A stretch of DNA of 64,000 nt from Gammaproteobacteria bacterium (GTDB lineage: Bacteria; Pseudomonadota; Gammaproteobacteria; Ga0077536). Made by a program: the position numbers and the translations under genes. This document shows positions 40,025 to 50,076 of the stretch, piece by piece. Under the pieces are notes generated by a model. It ran no database searches. It was given only the letters and a program-made list of their open reading frames with translations, and was not told where the DNA came from. How positions within the stretch are numbered: the stretch's first letter is position 1; each line of letters begins with the position of its first letter. The stretch is from contig CAXXLL010000002.1 in assembly GCA_963662545.2 (NCBI GenBank), positions 320,001-384,000 of the forward strand, given 5' to 3'.

Positions 40025-40185
40025 GGAACTCTGCATAAGTTATGGCACACCTGCGTTACTCCTGAAATCGCGGAGCCTTACGTTACGAATCTTAGCCCTA
40101 GTCCCCGCTCAGGTCTGCGATTCGTGCCTTGATCGGCACGATTTCATGCACCATTCACCCGCACCATAACTTTTTCAGAGGTTCC
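40025..40185 (+). mobile_element. MITE family A copy 7 (161 bp, diverged), abutting the rsmA stop
   Basis: GGAACTCTGCATAAGTTATGG...CCATAACTTTTTCAGAGGTTCC; flanks CTGA / CTAA. Confidence 0.88.
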
Positions 40186-40983
40186 CTAAGCGCCGTGCGG
40201 TTTTCGCTGGTAGATGATCTGGGCGAGGCAGACGAAATTTTCGACCGATAGCTTTTCCGCACGTGAGCCCGGGTCGATCCCGCACCGTGCGAAGTCCGGG
40301 GCGCTGACATGCCCGGCGAGCGTATTGGCCAGGGTCTTGCGCCGGGCGGAAAACGCCGTGCGTAGGAGTTCAGCCAGGCACCGGTCGAATTCTGCATCGC
40401 CGGGGTCTTCACGGGGCCGAATCTCTATGACGGCAGAGTCTACCCTGGGCGGCGGCTGAAAGCTTTCGGGACCGATGTCCAGGTGCCGGATCACGTCGCA
40501 GCGGTGCTGGATGATGACACTGAGGCGACCATAAGCCTTGGTTCCGGGTTCTGCGCAGAGTCGCTCGGCGACTTCTTTTTGCAGCATCAGGATCATGCAG
40601 CTGAACAAGTCGGCGTGCTCGAGCAAGCGCGTGATCAGCGGTGTCGAAATATTGTAGGGGAGGTTACCGCAGACCTTCCAGGCGCGCGCTCGTCCACCGA
40701 GCTGTTTGAAGTCGAATCGGAGGATGTCGCCGGTATGCAGGGTGAAGCCGGTTGCGCCTGCAAATCGTTCTTCGAGCCGTGCCGCGAGCTGCCGGTCGAT
40801 TTCGACAGCCAGTAGCTCCGCCCCCGAGGCGAGCAGGTGCTCGGTCAGCACACCGCCGCCCGGCCCGATTTCGAGTACGCGATCAGTCGAGGTCGGGGAG
40901 ACGAGATTGACGATTTCGTCGATGACGAAAGAATCCACGAGGAAATGTTGGCCAAACCGCTTGCGCGTAATGTGGGCTTTCAT
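40186..40983 (-). CDS. rsmA: 16S rRNA m6(2)A dimethyltransferase KsgA
   Basis: RKRFGQHFL, EIGPGGG, EIDR, GNLPYNIST, MLQKEVAER, PPPRVDSAV. Confidence 0.97.
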   Translation of the reverse strand: MKAHITRKRFGQHFLVDSFVIDEIVNLVSPTSTDRVLEIGPGGGVLTEHLLASGAELLAVEIDRQLAARLEERFAGATGFTLHTGDILRFDFKQLGGRARAWKVCGNLPYNISTPLITRLLEHADLFSCMILMLQKEVAERLCAEPGTKAYGRLSVIIQHRCDVIRHLDIGPESFQPPPRVDSAVIEIRPREDPGDAEFDRCLAELLRTAFSARRKTLANTLAGHVSAPDFARCGIDPGSRAEKLSVENFVCLAQIIYQRKPHGA

Positions 40984-41026
40984 AGGTCAGTTCTTAAGCC
41001 CCCAGTTCCCAAATACGGTCGCAATG

Positions 41027-41118
41027 AACCATAGAGATCACAGAGGACACAGAGCAAAGAGAAAAAAGACCGTTTACAGGTCACAAATATATTGGTTTTC
41101 TTTGTGGTCTCTGTGGTT
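41027..41118. repeat. CACAGAG-type inverted-repeat element
   Basis: AACCATAGAGATCACAGAGGACACAGAG ... CTTTGTGGTCTCTGTGGTT (9-bp periodic arms; 19-bp IR with 3 mismatches) around an AT-rich core. Confidence 0.75.
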
Positions 41119-41189
41119 TTATTTTACTGTGCCGTTCTAAACCGTCTGCGGATCAGTGCGAGCTCTGAGATTCCATCTATGTGTGGGCT

Positions 41190-42218
41190 TTAGGTGCAGG
41201 CATCGTAAATCCGGGTCCGCGTAAGGGTAGCGGCGAGTTCGATGGCCGCGCAGAGACTGCCGGCATGCGCTTTGCCAGTGCCCGCCAGAGCAAGCGCGGT
41301 ACCGTGATCGACGGACGTACGAATGAAGGGCAGCCCCAGGGTCACGTTCACCGCATCGCCAAACCCGACGGCCTTGAGCGCCGTGAGGCCTTGATCATGG
41401 TACATGGCGACGATCGTGTCGAAATCCGCGCGATTCGAAGCCGTGAATGCGGTATCGGCGGGCACGGGACCGGTGATCGACCATCCCTGTTCGCGACGTG
41501 CCTGAACGGCCGGGCGGATCACCTCGGCTTCTTCGGTGCCGAGGTAGCCGTCCTCACCGGCGTGCGGATTGAGTCCGCAGACGCACAGGCGCGGCTCAGC
41601 GATACCGAACCGGCGCTTCAAATCGTGCTCGAGGACATCGAGGACCGCGTTGAGCCGCGGTTTAGTCACTGCGGTGGCGACCTTTCGCAAGGGCAGGTGG
41701 GTGGTGACGAGCGCCACTCGGAACGTGCCGGCGACCAGCATCATGACGGGGACGGGTACGCCCAGTCGCTCGGCCAGATATTCGGTGTGACCAGAAAACG
41801 GAATGCCGGCCTCATTGATAATCGATTTCTGCACGGGGCCTGTGACCAGAGCGTCGGCGCTCCCCGCCAGACAGCTGTCCATTGCGGCGTCCAGGCAATT
41901 GAGTACGTAGCGGGCGTTTCGAGCGTCGAGTTGACCGGGTCGGGACGGGACCGCGGTGCCGATCGGAACCACGTGTATGACGCCGCTCGCCGTATCGTCG
42001 TACTCACCGGCGCCCGACACCTCGACGATTTCGATATCGAGACCGAGCTGGCCGGCCCTATTTCGTATCAGCTCAGGATCGGCAAAACAAATCGTGCGGG
42101 CCCCGTTCGGTTTTGACGCGCACAGAAGTGCGAGATCAGGTCCGATACCCGCAGGTTCCCCAGGTGTTAGCGCTATTCGAGGAGGCGTGAACTTATTCGT
42201 CGATGCGGTATTCGACAT
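41190..42218 (-). CDS. pdxA: 4-hydroxythreonine-4-phosphate dehydrogenase
   Basis: GEPAGIGP, FSGHTEYL, GLNPHAGE, GPVPADTAF, MYHDQG, IRTSVDHGTA. Confidence 0.97.
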   Translation of the reverse strand: MSNTASTNKFTPPRIALTPGEPAGIGPDLALLCASKPNGARTICFADPELIRNRAGQLGLDIEIVEVSGAGEYDDTASGVIHVVPIGTAVPSRPGQLDARNARYVLNCLDAAMDSCLAGSADALVTGPVQKSIINEAGIPFSGHTEYLAERLGVPVPVMMLVAGTFRVALVTTHLPLRKVATAVTKPRLNAVLDVLEHDLKRRFGIAEPRLCVCGLNPHAGEDGYLGTEEAEVIRPAVQARREQGWSITGPVPADTAFTASNRADFDTIVAMYHDQGLTALKAVGFGDAVNVTLGLPFIRTSVDHGTALALAGTGKAHAGSLCAAIELAATLTRTRIYDACT

Positions 42219-43467
42219 ACGCCTCGTCGCGCAGGCGACGCAACCAGGACTCGCGCTTTTCGTCGGTTTTACGCTTACGAATCACACGGCGCGCCCGATC
42301 GCGTTTGAACTCTTTGGTGCCGTCAATTTCGCGCCGATCCTGGACTTGAAGGATATGAAAGCCGAACTCGGTGCGGAAAGGCTGGCTGATCTCGCCGATT
42401 CGTGCCGCGAGCATCGCTTCCTCGAATTGAGGGACCATATTGCCCTTGCTGACCCATCCGAGATCGCCGCCTTCCAATGCAGATTTCCTGTCGTCGGAAT
42501 TCCTCTGTGCCAATTGCGCGAAATTGGCGCCGCCGTCCAGCCGCAGCCGGATTTGCGAGATTCTCCTGAACACCTGGGTCTCTGGTAGTAATTCGTTCGG
42601 CTTGATGAGGATGTGCCGAACCTTATGCTGCTCGACCATGATTTTCTCGCCGGTGCGTTGATCGACGAGTTTGACGATATGAAAACCGCTTGGACTGGTA
42701 ATGATACCGCTGACTTCGCCGATCTCCATTGTACTGACGGAATCGGCGAAAAGAGTCGGTATTTCCTCACCCTTGCGCCAGCCGAGGTCGCCCTTGTCCA
42801 GCGCCGTTTGGCCGTCGGATACAGCGATAGCAAGTGCGCCGAAATCCTCGCCGGCGTCGAGGCGGTCCAAGATGTCTTTGGCCTTATTCCTCAGCGCCCT
42901 AAGCTCATCGTCGCCCGCACCGACGGGCGTCGTGATGAGAATATGAGACAGGAGGTATTCGAGAGCGTTGTCCTCCTCGTTGTTTTCGTTGGACAGAAAA
43001 TTTTCGATCTCCTGCTCGCGCACCTTTACGCGGTTGTCGACTTCCTCTTTGCGCAGCTTAGCCATGACGATTTCCTGGCGAATCTGCTCGCGGAAGTAGT
43101 CGAACTGATGGCCGTCGGATTCCAGAATCTCGCGGAATTGTTCCAGGGATAGTTCATTGCGCCTGGCGATATCCAAAATCGCATGATCGAGGGAGTTTTC
43201 TTCGACTTCCACACCGATGCGGTCGGCCAGCTGCAACTGGATTTTCTCCAATACCAGACGCTCCATGACCTGCCTTTCGAGGATGGAGGTCGGCGGCGTC
43301 TGGGTTCCCTGATTACGCAACTGAAGCCGGACGCGGAGCATTTGCTCCTCAAGCTCGCTCTGCATGACGACATCTTCATCGACTACGGCGAGGATCCGGT
43401 CGAGTTCCGTTGCGTTAACTGCGGCCGCCGCGAAAATACCGGCAGCAAGGCCCGGGAGCCAGTTCAT
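42193..43467 (-). CDS. surA: Periplasmic chaperone/PPIase SurA
   Basis: Signal peptide from ATG 43467; LDRILAVVD; two parvulin domains (SHILI..GDLGW; RHILI..GGDLGW); WLRRLRDEAYV. Confidence 0.95.
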   Translation of the reverse strand: MNWLPGLAAGIFAAAAVNATELDRILAVVDEDVVMQSELEEQMLRVRLQLRNQGTQTPPTSILERQVMERLVLEKIQLQLADRIGVEVEENSLDHAILDIARRNELSLEQFREILESDGHQFDYFREQIRQEIVMAKLRKEEVDNRVKVREQEIENFLSNENNEEDNALEYLLSHILITTPVGAGDDELRALRNKAKDILDRLDAGEDFGALAIAVSDGQTALDKGDLGWRKGEEIPTLFADSVSTMEIGEVSGIITSPSGFHIVKLVDQRTGEKIMVEQHKVRHILIKPNELLPETQVFRRISQIRLRLDGGANFAQLAQRNSDDRKSALEGGDLGWVSKGNMVPQFEEAMLAARIGEISQPFRTEFGFHILQVQDRREIDGTKEFKRDRARRVIRKRKTDEKRESWLRRLRDEAYVEYRIDE

Positions 43468-43672
43468 GGGCAGTACGGCGATTTTACAAACATCGTATTC
43501 CAAGGCGTAGCAGATTTATCTTAAATCCGCCGAGCGCGGCGCACACGCGGATATTTTTTAGACGAGCGCTAGGGCTTTAAAACGAGGCGCAAATTGTACC
43601 TCATTGCGCCAGACTTGAAGAATTATCATCGCCAAATCGGCCTTGGGTCGTGCCTGACTCCTGGGTGCCGGC

Positions 43673-45946
43673 TCAGTCGAAAGGATCCACGTATCCGGGG
43701 ATCCCGCGCCGTAAAAGCGCAGTCGCGTCCTGCCCGAATCCGCCGAGACCACGAAAGTGGACCTGCATGAAGAAGCCGTTTTCAAACTCGCCCTGCGTGT
43801 TACGCAAAAAGCGCCGGCCGATCAGGCGTGCGCCCCAACAACAGCTTTCATACTCAAGTCCCCAAATCGTTTCGAGCGAGCGGTTTTCCTGCAGGGAATA
43901 GTTCCAGCGGCCGACCATGGCCAGCCGATCGGTCAGCGGCCAGCGTATTGATACGTCCGTCTGTTCGATATCGGTCACCGCGCGACGAAACCGGTACCTC
44001 AAGTTCAATACGGTTTCGAGGTTCGGCCGGTAGCGGAGCATGATCGCCAGCTTTTCCGTCTCGGGTTCGTCGGGATCCCACTGAATCGTTCCACGGGCGC
44101 TCCAGTCGCCGATGAGGCTGGTCGCCGCTTCGGCGATGATCTCCGACTGACTGTCTCGCTCTTCGAACCCGCCCGGCAGGGTCACTTCGCGATCACGGAA
44201 GAAGAAAGTCTGGCCGAGGCTGAATCGGAAAGTCTCACGGCCATTTTCGGCATCGAGTGCACGGGTCGTCACGGCCAGCGCGACCTGGTTTGCGTCGCCG
44301 ACGCGATCACGCCCGGAAAACCGGTTGTACCGAAAAAGATTCTGAAACGAAATATCGAACCTGCCGCCGTCGAACCGCGGTATGTCGTCCTGACCGACGT
44401 GCGGAATCAAGAGATAAAAGATGCGCGGTTCCAGCGTTTGCAGTTGCGATTTACCGAACAACGAGAACTGCCGTTCGAGAAATAGCCGTGTATCTACACT
44501 GAATATGGGGACCGTGCGCGATTCGCGATCGTCAAAAACGTCACGCGGATCGTCGAGAAGGTACTCCGTATGACGAAGTGCCAGGCGCGGAGTGAAGGAC
44601 ATGTAGTTCGTTCTGAACACGCGATTTATCTGGGGTTCCAGATCGATGCGCCCGCCGGTGACACTGTCGTTGCGATCGAAATAAGTAGTTTCCGCGAGCA
44701 CGGAAGCGTTTATTAGATATTGGTTGGCCGGCGCCGAGGCTCTGAGAACGAATTGCGGAAGGCGTGCATAAGGTTCCGATGTGGAAGGGATCGTTTCGTC
44801 TACCGTCTGGTAGTCCTGCACGAGAACATAGCCGGAGAACCGGCTCTGGCTGTAACTGAGCGTAATCCGACGGTCGAGGAATCGCTGGCTGGTGATGCTG
44901 AGATTGTTACCGAAATCACTGAAATATCGATCGTCGGAGACATTATTGAAAATGACGTTCGCGCGGCCGCGATTGTTCAGGAATGAATGCCGATGTCTGA
45001 ATGCAAGAAGAGATCGATCATCGTCATTGCGCAAATCATCGCTAGGCAAGTATTCGAATTCGATCTGTCCCGCGAAGCTAGGCTGCAGATAGCGGTATTG
45101 ACCGCCGAGCATGGCGCCGCGGTCGGCCATGATCCGCGGCGTAATGGTCGCATCCTGATGCGGAGCAATGTTCCAGTAGTAGGGGACTCTCGCGTCGAAA
45201 CCAGACTCGTTCGACGAACCATAAGAGGGCGCCAGGAATCCGGTCTTGCGTTTGTCGCTGATCGGAAAGTTGACGTACGGAAAATAGAAAACCGGTATGT
45301 TCTTAACTCGAAGCACAGCGTTGCGGGCGGAACCCCGGTCTGATTCGTGATTAAGCTTGATGGAGCTTGCCGATATACGCCAGGCTTCGTCGGAAAGCGG
45401 GCAGGTCGAATAATCGACGCCTTCGAGCAGGGTGACATCGGCTTTACGATCGTTGATAAGTCGTTCGGCATTACCGCGGCCGCGGCCACCGAGTATCCAG
45501 TAGCGGCCCTCATCCAGCACCGATACTTCGCTATTGAGATCGTAGGTCGCCCGCGTGCCCGCCCAGATGATACTCGACTCCCAGATGTGGGCGCGTCCTT
45601 CGGCTTGAAATACGCCGGTGTCGTTGTCGTAAGTGATCACTTCGGCACGCAGGGCGCGATCGCCCTGGACGACCTCTACGTCACCGCTGAACTGGGAAAG
45701 GCCTTCCTTCACGAGGCGCGTACTGTCGGCTCGGATTTCAGTACTTTCGGGATCGGCGGAATCTTCGGTATATCCGGGTCGGATCGGGATGAAGCGCTCG
45801 GCAGGGCACAATCGCCACTGGAAATTGCCGGCACGCTCATCGAGCACGCGGGCCTCAGCAATACCGCCCGTCAACGCCGTGAGCAGCGCGAGCGCGAGCA
45901 AGGCCGGCGCTGTAGCCGGCTGGCGTAACCTCGTTATTTTTTTCAT
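43673..45946 (-). CDS. lptD: LPS-assembly protein LptD
   Basis: YSTCP, PVFYFPY..RKTGFLAP, PYYWNIAP, SGRDRVGDANQ, YESCCW. Confidence 0.96.
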   Translation of the reverse strand: MKKITRLRQPATAPALLALALLTALTGGIAEARVLDERAGNFQWRLCPAERFIPIRPGYTEDSADPESTEIRADSTRLVKEGLSQFSGDVEVVQGDRALRAEVITYDNDTGVFQAEGRAHIWESSIIWAGTRATYDLNSEVSVLDEGRYWILGGRGRGNAERLINDRKADVTLLEGVDYSTCPLSDEAWRISASSIKLNHESDRGSARNAVLRVKNIPVFYFPYVNFPISDKRKTGFLAPSYGSSNESGFDARVPYYWNIAPHQDATITPRIMADRGAMLGGQYRYLQPSFAGQIEFEYLPSDDLRNDDDRSLLAFRHRHSFLNNRGRANVIFNNVSDDRYFSDFGNNLSITSQRFLDRRITLSYSQSRFSGYVLVQDYQTVDETIPSTSEPYARLPQFVLRASAPANQYLINASVLAETTYFDRNDSVTGGRIDLEPQINRVFRTNYMSFTPRLALRHTEYLLDDPRDVFDDRESRTVPIFSVDTRLFLERQFSLFGKSQLQTLEPRIFYLLIPHVGQDDIPRFDGGRFDISFQNLFRYNRFSGRDRVGDANQVALAVTTRALDAENGRETFRFSLGQTFFFRDREVTLPGGFEERDSQSEIIAEAATSLIGDWSARGTIQWDPDEPETEKLAIMLRYRPNLETVLNLRYRFRRAVTDIEQTDVSIRWPLTDRLAMVGRWNYSLQENRSLETIWGLEYESCCWGARLIGRRFLRNTQGEFENGFFMQVHFRGLGGFGQDATALLRRGIPGYVDPFD

Positions 45947-46041
45947 TTACGCAAGGATGCGTGAGTGATATCCAGCGTTAAGCTAAAAGTCGCACAAATA
46001 CCGCATGTCTTCAACACGCGTAACGAAGTCCGTATCGCTGA

Positions 46042-46668
46042 TTAACCGGCGGATCCCGGGAGGTTTTTCTTTCGTTGCCTTAGATACGCGTCAATGCGCG
46101 ACAATTTATCTATTCCGGCGACTGTTTTGAGAATGTCCACCTTGTCGGAAATGTCCAGCGGGAGCACCTCGGCGAGCCGATGACCCACCCACAGTGCGCT
46201 GTCCATGTGCCAGCCTTTATAGGGGCCGTGCTCGAGCTTGTTTTCGTATAATTCCTCAAGCAAACCGCCCAGATATTCGAATTCCTTTGGGATCACGGCG
46301 TCGACCGGTTCGTCCAGGTAGTCGATGTCGCCGATCAGCAGCCGATTGACGCGGATACTGTGGTTGGTGACGCGAAACAAGCTGCCGCCGGAAACCTGGA
46401 TGTTAAGCAAACCGTCCTCGCCTTGATCCCATGATTCGATGGTGGCGATGGTACCGACGCGGTAGAAATGGGGCGTTGCCCCGACTTCGCGGCCATATTT
46501 GATCGGCACGATGCCGAAAGGCTTTTCGTTTCTCAGCGATTCGCTGACCATGTCGAGGTAGCGCGGCTCGAATATCCTCAATGGCAGTAACCCGGCCGGG
46601 TAGAGGACTGTTTCGAGCGGAAACAAGGGAATCGGGTCGCGCAGCTCCGGGGGTAGCGTATCGCTCAC
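46042..46668 (-). CDS. Stand-alone LON substrate-binding-domain protein
   Basis: IPLFPLETVLYP, LPLRIFEPRYLDMV, WVGHRLAEVLP. Confidence 0.88.
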   Translation of the reverse strand: MSDTLPPELRDPIPLFPLETVLYPAGLLPLRIFEPRYLDMVSESLRNEKPFGIVPIKYGREVGATPHFYRVGTIATIESWDQGEDGLLNIQVSGGSLFRVTNHSIRVNRLLIGDIDYLDEPVDAVIPKEFEYLGGLLEELYENKLEHGPYKGWHMDSALWVGHRLAEVLPLDISDKVDILKTVAGIDKLSRIDAYLRQRKKNLPGSAG

Positions 46669-48026
46669 GGTGTCTCGTCCAGGGCCTCGAGGATGCGGTC
46701 GTGGATATTATCAAATGCGCCGTTGCTCATGATTAAGATTTGATCGCCCGCACGCGCCAGCGCAGCGATATCGGTGGCAAGCGTAGCGGTTTCCCCGTAA
46801 ACGCGGCAATGGGGAACCACTCCCAGCACCCGTTCGATATCCCAGTCCAGTTTATCGCCGACAAACACTGCGATCTGGTCGGCGCTTTCGAGCGCGCTCA
46901 CCAGGCTTTCCCGGTGGACGCCCATTCGCATGGTATTGGAGCGCGGTTCCATCACCGCGATGATGCGCCCATCTGCTGAAGACGTACGCAGCGCTTCTAT
47001 GGTTGCAGCGATCGCCGTCGGATGATGTGCGAAATCGTCGAATACCCGCACGCCTCGGCGTATTCCCTTAAGCTCGAGGCGCCGCTTGACGTTCTTGAAT
47101 GACGGCAATGCCGCCAGGGCCTTCTCGCAGCTCAAGCCGGCGTCGCTGACCGCACAGATGGCTGCGAGCGTATTCAAGGCGTTGTGTTGGCCGAGCAGGG
47201 GTGAGTGGGTCCGGAACTCGCGACCGCCCGGCGGGATGATCCCCAGCGAATCGGCGGCATTCGAATCGAAATTCAATCGCCATTGGCACGCCGGCTCCTT
47301 GCCGAAAGTCATGGTTCGCGACCAACACCCCATTTCGAGGACATCGTCGATCGCCTCGTCCGGACAGCGTCGGACGATCAATGCCTCCCGTGGCAGAGTA
47401 CGGATCAGATGGTGGAACTGCGTTTGAATCGCGCCGAGGTCGGCAAATATGTCAGCGTGATCGAACTCGAGATTATTGATGATCAAAGTACGCGGTAGGT
47501 AGTGGACGAATTTTGAGCGCTTGTCGAAGAACGCAGTGTCGTATTCGTCGGCCTCAATGACGAATAAGTCACCTGCGCCGAGACGCGCGGAGAGGCCGAA
47601 GTTCTCGACGACGCCCCCGACGAGAAACCCCGGTGCAAGGCCGGCGTATTCGAGTATCCAGCTGACGAGACTGGCAACGGTCGTCTTGCCGTGCGTGCCG
47701 GCAACCGCGATGACGTGTCGTCCGCGCAGTACGTTGTTCTTCAACCAAGCGGGGCCGGACACGTACTCGAGCCCGGCGCTTAATAAGTATTCGACCGCGG
47801 GGTTACCTCGCGATACGGCATTCCCGACGATCACCAGGTCGGGTTTTGGCGTCAAGGCTTTAGCACCATAGCCATCGTGCACCTCGACGCCGAGGGATTC
47901 GAGTTGCGTGCTCATCGGCGGATAAAGATCAGCATCCGAGCCTGTCACGCGGTGCCCGCTGTCGATGGCGAGCCTCGCCAGCCCCCCCATGAAAGTGCCG
48001 CCGATTCCTAGGATATGCAAATGCAT
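46665..48026 (-). CDS. mpl: Murein tripeptide ligase
   Basis: MHLHILGIGGTFMGGLA (ATG 48026), AGTHGKTT, EADEYDTAFFDKRSKF, DDFAHHPTAI, MSNG. Confidence 0.96.
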   Translation of the reverse strand: MHLHILGIGGTFMGGLARLAIDSGHRVTGSDADLYPPMSTQLESLGVEVHDGYGAKALTPKPDLVIVGNAVSRGNPAVEYLLSAGLEYVSGPAWLKNNVLRGRHVIAVAGTHGKTTVASLVSWILEYAGLAPGFLVGGVVENFGLSARLGAGDLFVIEADEYDTAFFDKRSKFVHYLPRTLIINNLEFDHADIFADLGAIQTQFHHLIRTLPREALIVRRCPDEAIDDVLEMGCWSRTMTFGKEPACQWRLNFDSNAADSLGIIPPGGREFRTHSPLLGQHNALNTLAAICAVSDAGLSCEKALAALPSFKNVKRRLELKGIRRGVRVFDDFAHHPTAIAATIEALRTSSADGRIIAVMEPRSNTMRMGVHRESLVSALESADQIAVFVGDKLDWDIERVLGVVPHCRVYGETATLATDIAALARAGDQILIMSNGAFDNIHDRILEALDETP

Positions 48027-48535
48027 CAGACTGCCGCCCGCAAAAGGCGATCGATGAAGATAACCAACTGAATTAAAAAGATCGCGTAGCCGAAAGAGAT
48101 GAAGAAGCCGATGATGAACCGCGTGTCGAGTGCGTGTCTCAATATGTGAGCCATGACGAACAGGTTCCACAGAAAAATGACAACGCGCACCGGCTGAGGT
48201 AGTGCCGGAAACAATAGAAGCAACACCAGCACGCAACTTCCGATCAGTGTCCCGGTACCCATTAGCGCGGTCAGGGTCTGTACCGTGCGTGCTACCCGCG
48301 CGAAAGAAAACAGCAATGCGGCGGTGAGACCGACCAGCACGAACACTTCAAGCAGCGCGACCAGGATCGAGGATCCCAAAGGCAACTTGAGTTGATTAAT
48401 GGCCGTGCTCAAAACGAGGTTGGAGAGGGTCGTAAGGCCAAGCAGGGCCGGGGTGCGGGGAATATCTTGCGGCGCTAGACGGAAACAGCAAATCCCCCAG
48501 AAAGCTTGCGTCAGCGTTGCCAATGCAGATGGCAT
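48026..48535 (-). CDS. Hypothetical membrane protein
   Basis: About 5 TM segments, ICCFRLAPQDIP, HILRHAL; TGATG overlap with mpl. Confidence 0.75.
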   Translation of the reverse strand: MPSALATLTQAFWGICCFRLAPQDIPRTPALLGLTTLSNLVLSTAINQLKLPLGSSILVALLEVFVLVGLTAALLFSFARVARTVQTLTALMGTGTLIGSCVLVLLLLFPALPQPVRVVIFLWNLFVMAHILRHALDTRFIIGFFISFGYAIFLIQLVIFIDRLLRAAV

Positions 48536-48549
48536 GATCGCGGGGCTAG

Positions 48550-48589
48550 AAGCCTGTATGGCATAGGGAATCGTATGCCATACAGACTG
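48550..48589. mobile_element. 40-bp minimal family-B-type element
   Basis: AAGCCTGTATGGCATAGGGAATCGTATGCCATACAGACTG flanked by CTAG on both sides. Confidence 0.75.
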
Positions 48590-48671
48590 CTAGTCCTCTA
48601 GCTGCGCTGGTTCGACCCGGGCAGGAAAAAGCAGCACACCGTCGGGGCCGATGCGGGGTGGTCAAGCGGAT

Positions 48672-49937
48672 TCACGCGGTGGGAAGGTCTGTTCGAGTCG
48701 GCGCCTGTGTTTCGTCCCCGTATCGCGATTGCACGTAGTCATCGAGAATACGCTTGAATTCTTCGGCGATGTCGTCGCCACGCAGGGTGACAGTTTTTTC
48801 GCCGTCGATGAATACGGGCGCGGACGGTACTTCGCCCGTGCCGGGCAGACTGATCCCGATATTTGCGTGTTTGCTTTCTCCGGGGCCGTTCACGACGCAG
48901 CCCATGACGGCCAGGTTCATATCTTCCACGCCCGGGTAGCGTTCGCGCCAGGCGGGCATTTGCATTCGTACATAGGCCTGGATATCGCCTGCAAGTTCCT
49001 GGAAAACGGTACTCGTCGTTCGTCCGCAACCGGGACATGCGATAACCAGCGGCGTGAACGATCTGAGGCCCATCGTCTGCAACAATTCCTGGGCGACGAT
49101 GACCTCCCGGGTTCGGTCCCCGCCCGGATCGGGCGTGAGGGAAACTCGGATCGTGTCGCCAATCCCCTGTTGCAAAAGGATACCCATGGCGGCGGCGGAA
49201 GCGACGATGCCTTTCGAACCCATACCCGCTTCCGTTAGCCCGAGATGGAGCGCGTAGTCGCAGCGCGCCGCGAGTTCCGTGTACACGACGATGAGATCCT
49301 GAACGCCGCTGACCTTGCACGACAGGATGATGCGGTTCCGGGCGAGCCCTATTTCCTCGGCCTTGGCCGCGCTGTTCAGGGCGGAGGTAATCAGGGCATC
49401 GCGGGTCACTTCCCTGGCATCCCGCGGTTCGGGCAGCGCCGCATTGGCGTCCATCATGTTGGCGAGGAGGGTTGGATCGAGGCTGCCCCAGTTCACGCCG
49501 ATACGGACCGGCTTGTTACGTTCGATCGCGGCTTCGATCATGGTAGCGAATCGCGCGTCCTTTTTACGTCCAAATCCGACGTTTCCCGGGTTGATACGGT
49601 ATTTGTCGAGTGCATCGGCGCAGTCCGGATACTTGGTGAGCAAAGTGTGTCCGTTATAGTGAAAATCGCCCACCAACGGAACTTTGCTTCCCATCGCGTC
49701 CAGCAATTCGCGAATTCGGATGACCTGGCGGGCCGCCTTCTCGGTATTTACCGTGATCCGCACGAGCTCGGAGCCCGCCGCGGCGAGCGCTTGTACCTGT
49801 TTGGCGGTAGCGACGGCGTCCTCGGTATCGGTATTCGTCATCGACTGTACGACGATGGGCCCATCGCCGCCGACAACGATGTCACCGATGCGTACCGGGA
49901 TTGATTTTCGGCGCGTAAGGCCGTTTTCTGCGGTCAT
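48672..49937 (-). CDS. ispG: HMBPP synthase
   Basis: [53 protein letters not shown]. Confidence 0.98.
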   Translation of the reverse strand: MTAENGLTRRKSIPVRIGDIVVGGDGPIVVQSMTNTDTEDAVATAKQVQALAAAGSELVRITVNTEKAARQVIRIRELLDAMGSKVPLVGDFHYNGHTLLTKYPDCADALDKYRINPGNVGFGRKKDARFATMIEAAIERNKPVRIGVNWGSLDPTLLANMMDANAALPEPRDAREVTRDALITSALNSAAKAEEIGLARNRIILSCKVSGVQDLIVVYTELAARCDYALHLGLTEAGMGSKGIVASAAAMGILLQQGIGDTIRVSLTPDPGGDRTREVIVAQELLQTMGLRSFTPLVIACPGCGRTTSTVFQELAGDIQAYVRMQMPAWRERYPGVEDMNLAVMGCVVNGPGESKHANIGISLPGTGEVPSAPVFIDGEKTVTLRGDDIAEEFKRILDDYVQSRYGDETQAPTRTDLPTA

Positions 49938-50076
49938 GGCGGGACTGTCGACCTAGACTCGGTTACGAGGAATAGGTGAAATTCTACAGTAGCCCACACG
50001 ACGGTGCCAAAAAGCGTGTGGCAATCTGAACGAACGGCGGCGAGCATTAATATGCGGAATTTAAACGAGGGCCAAC

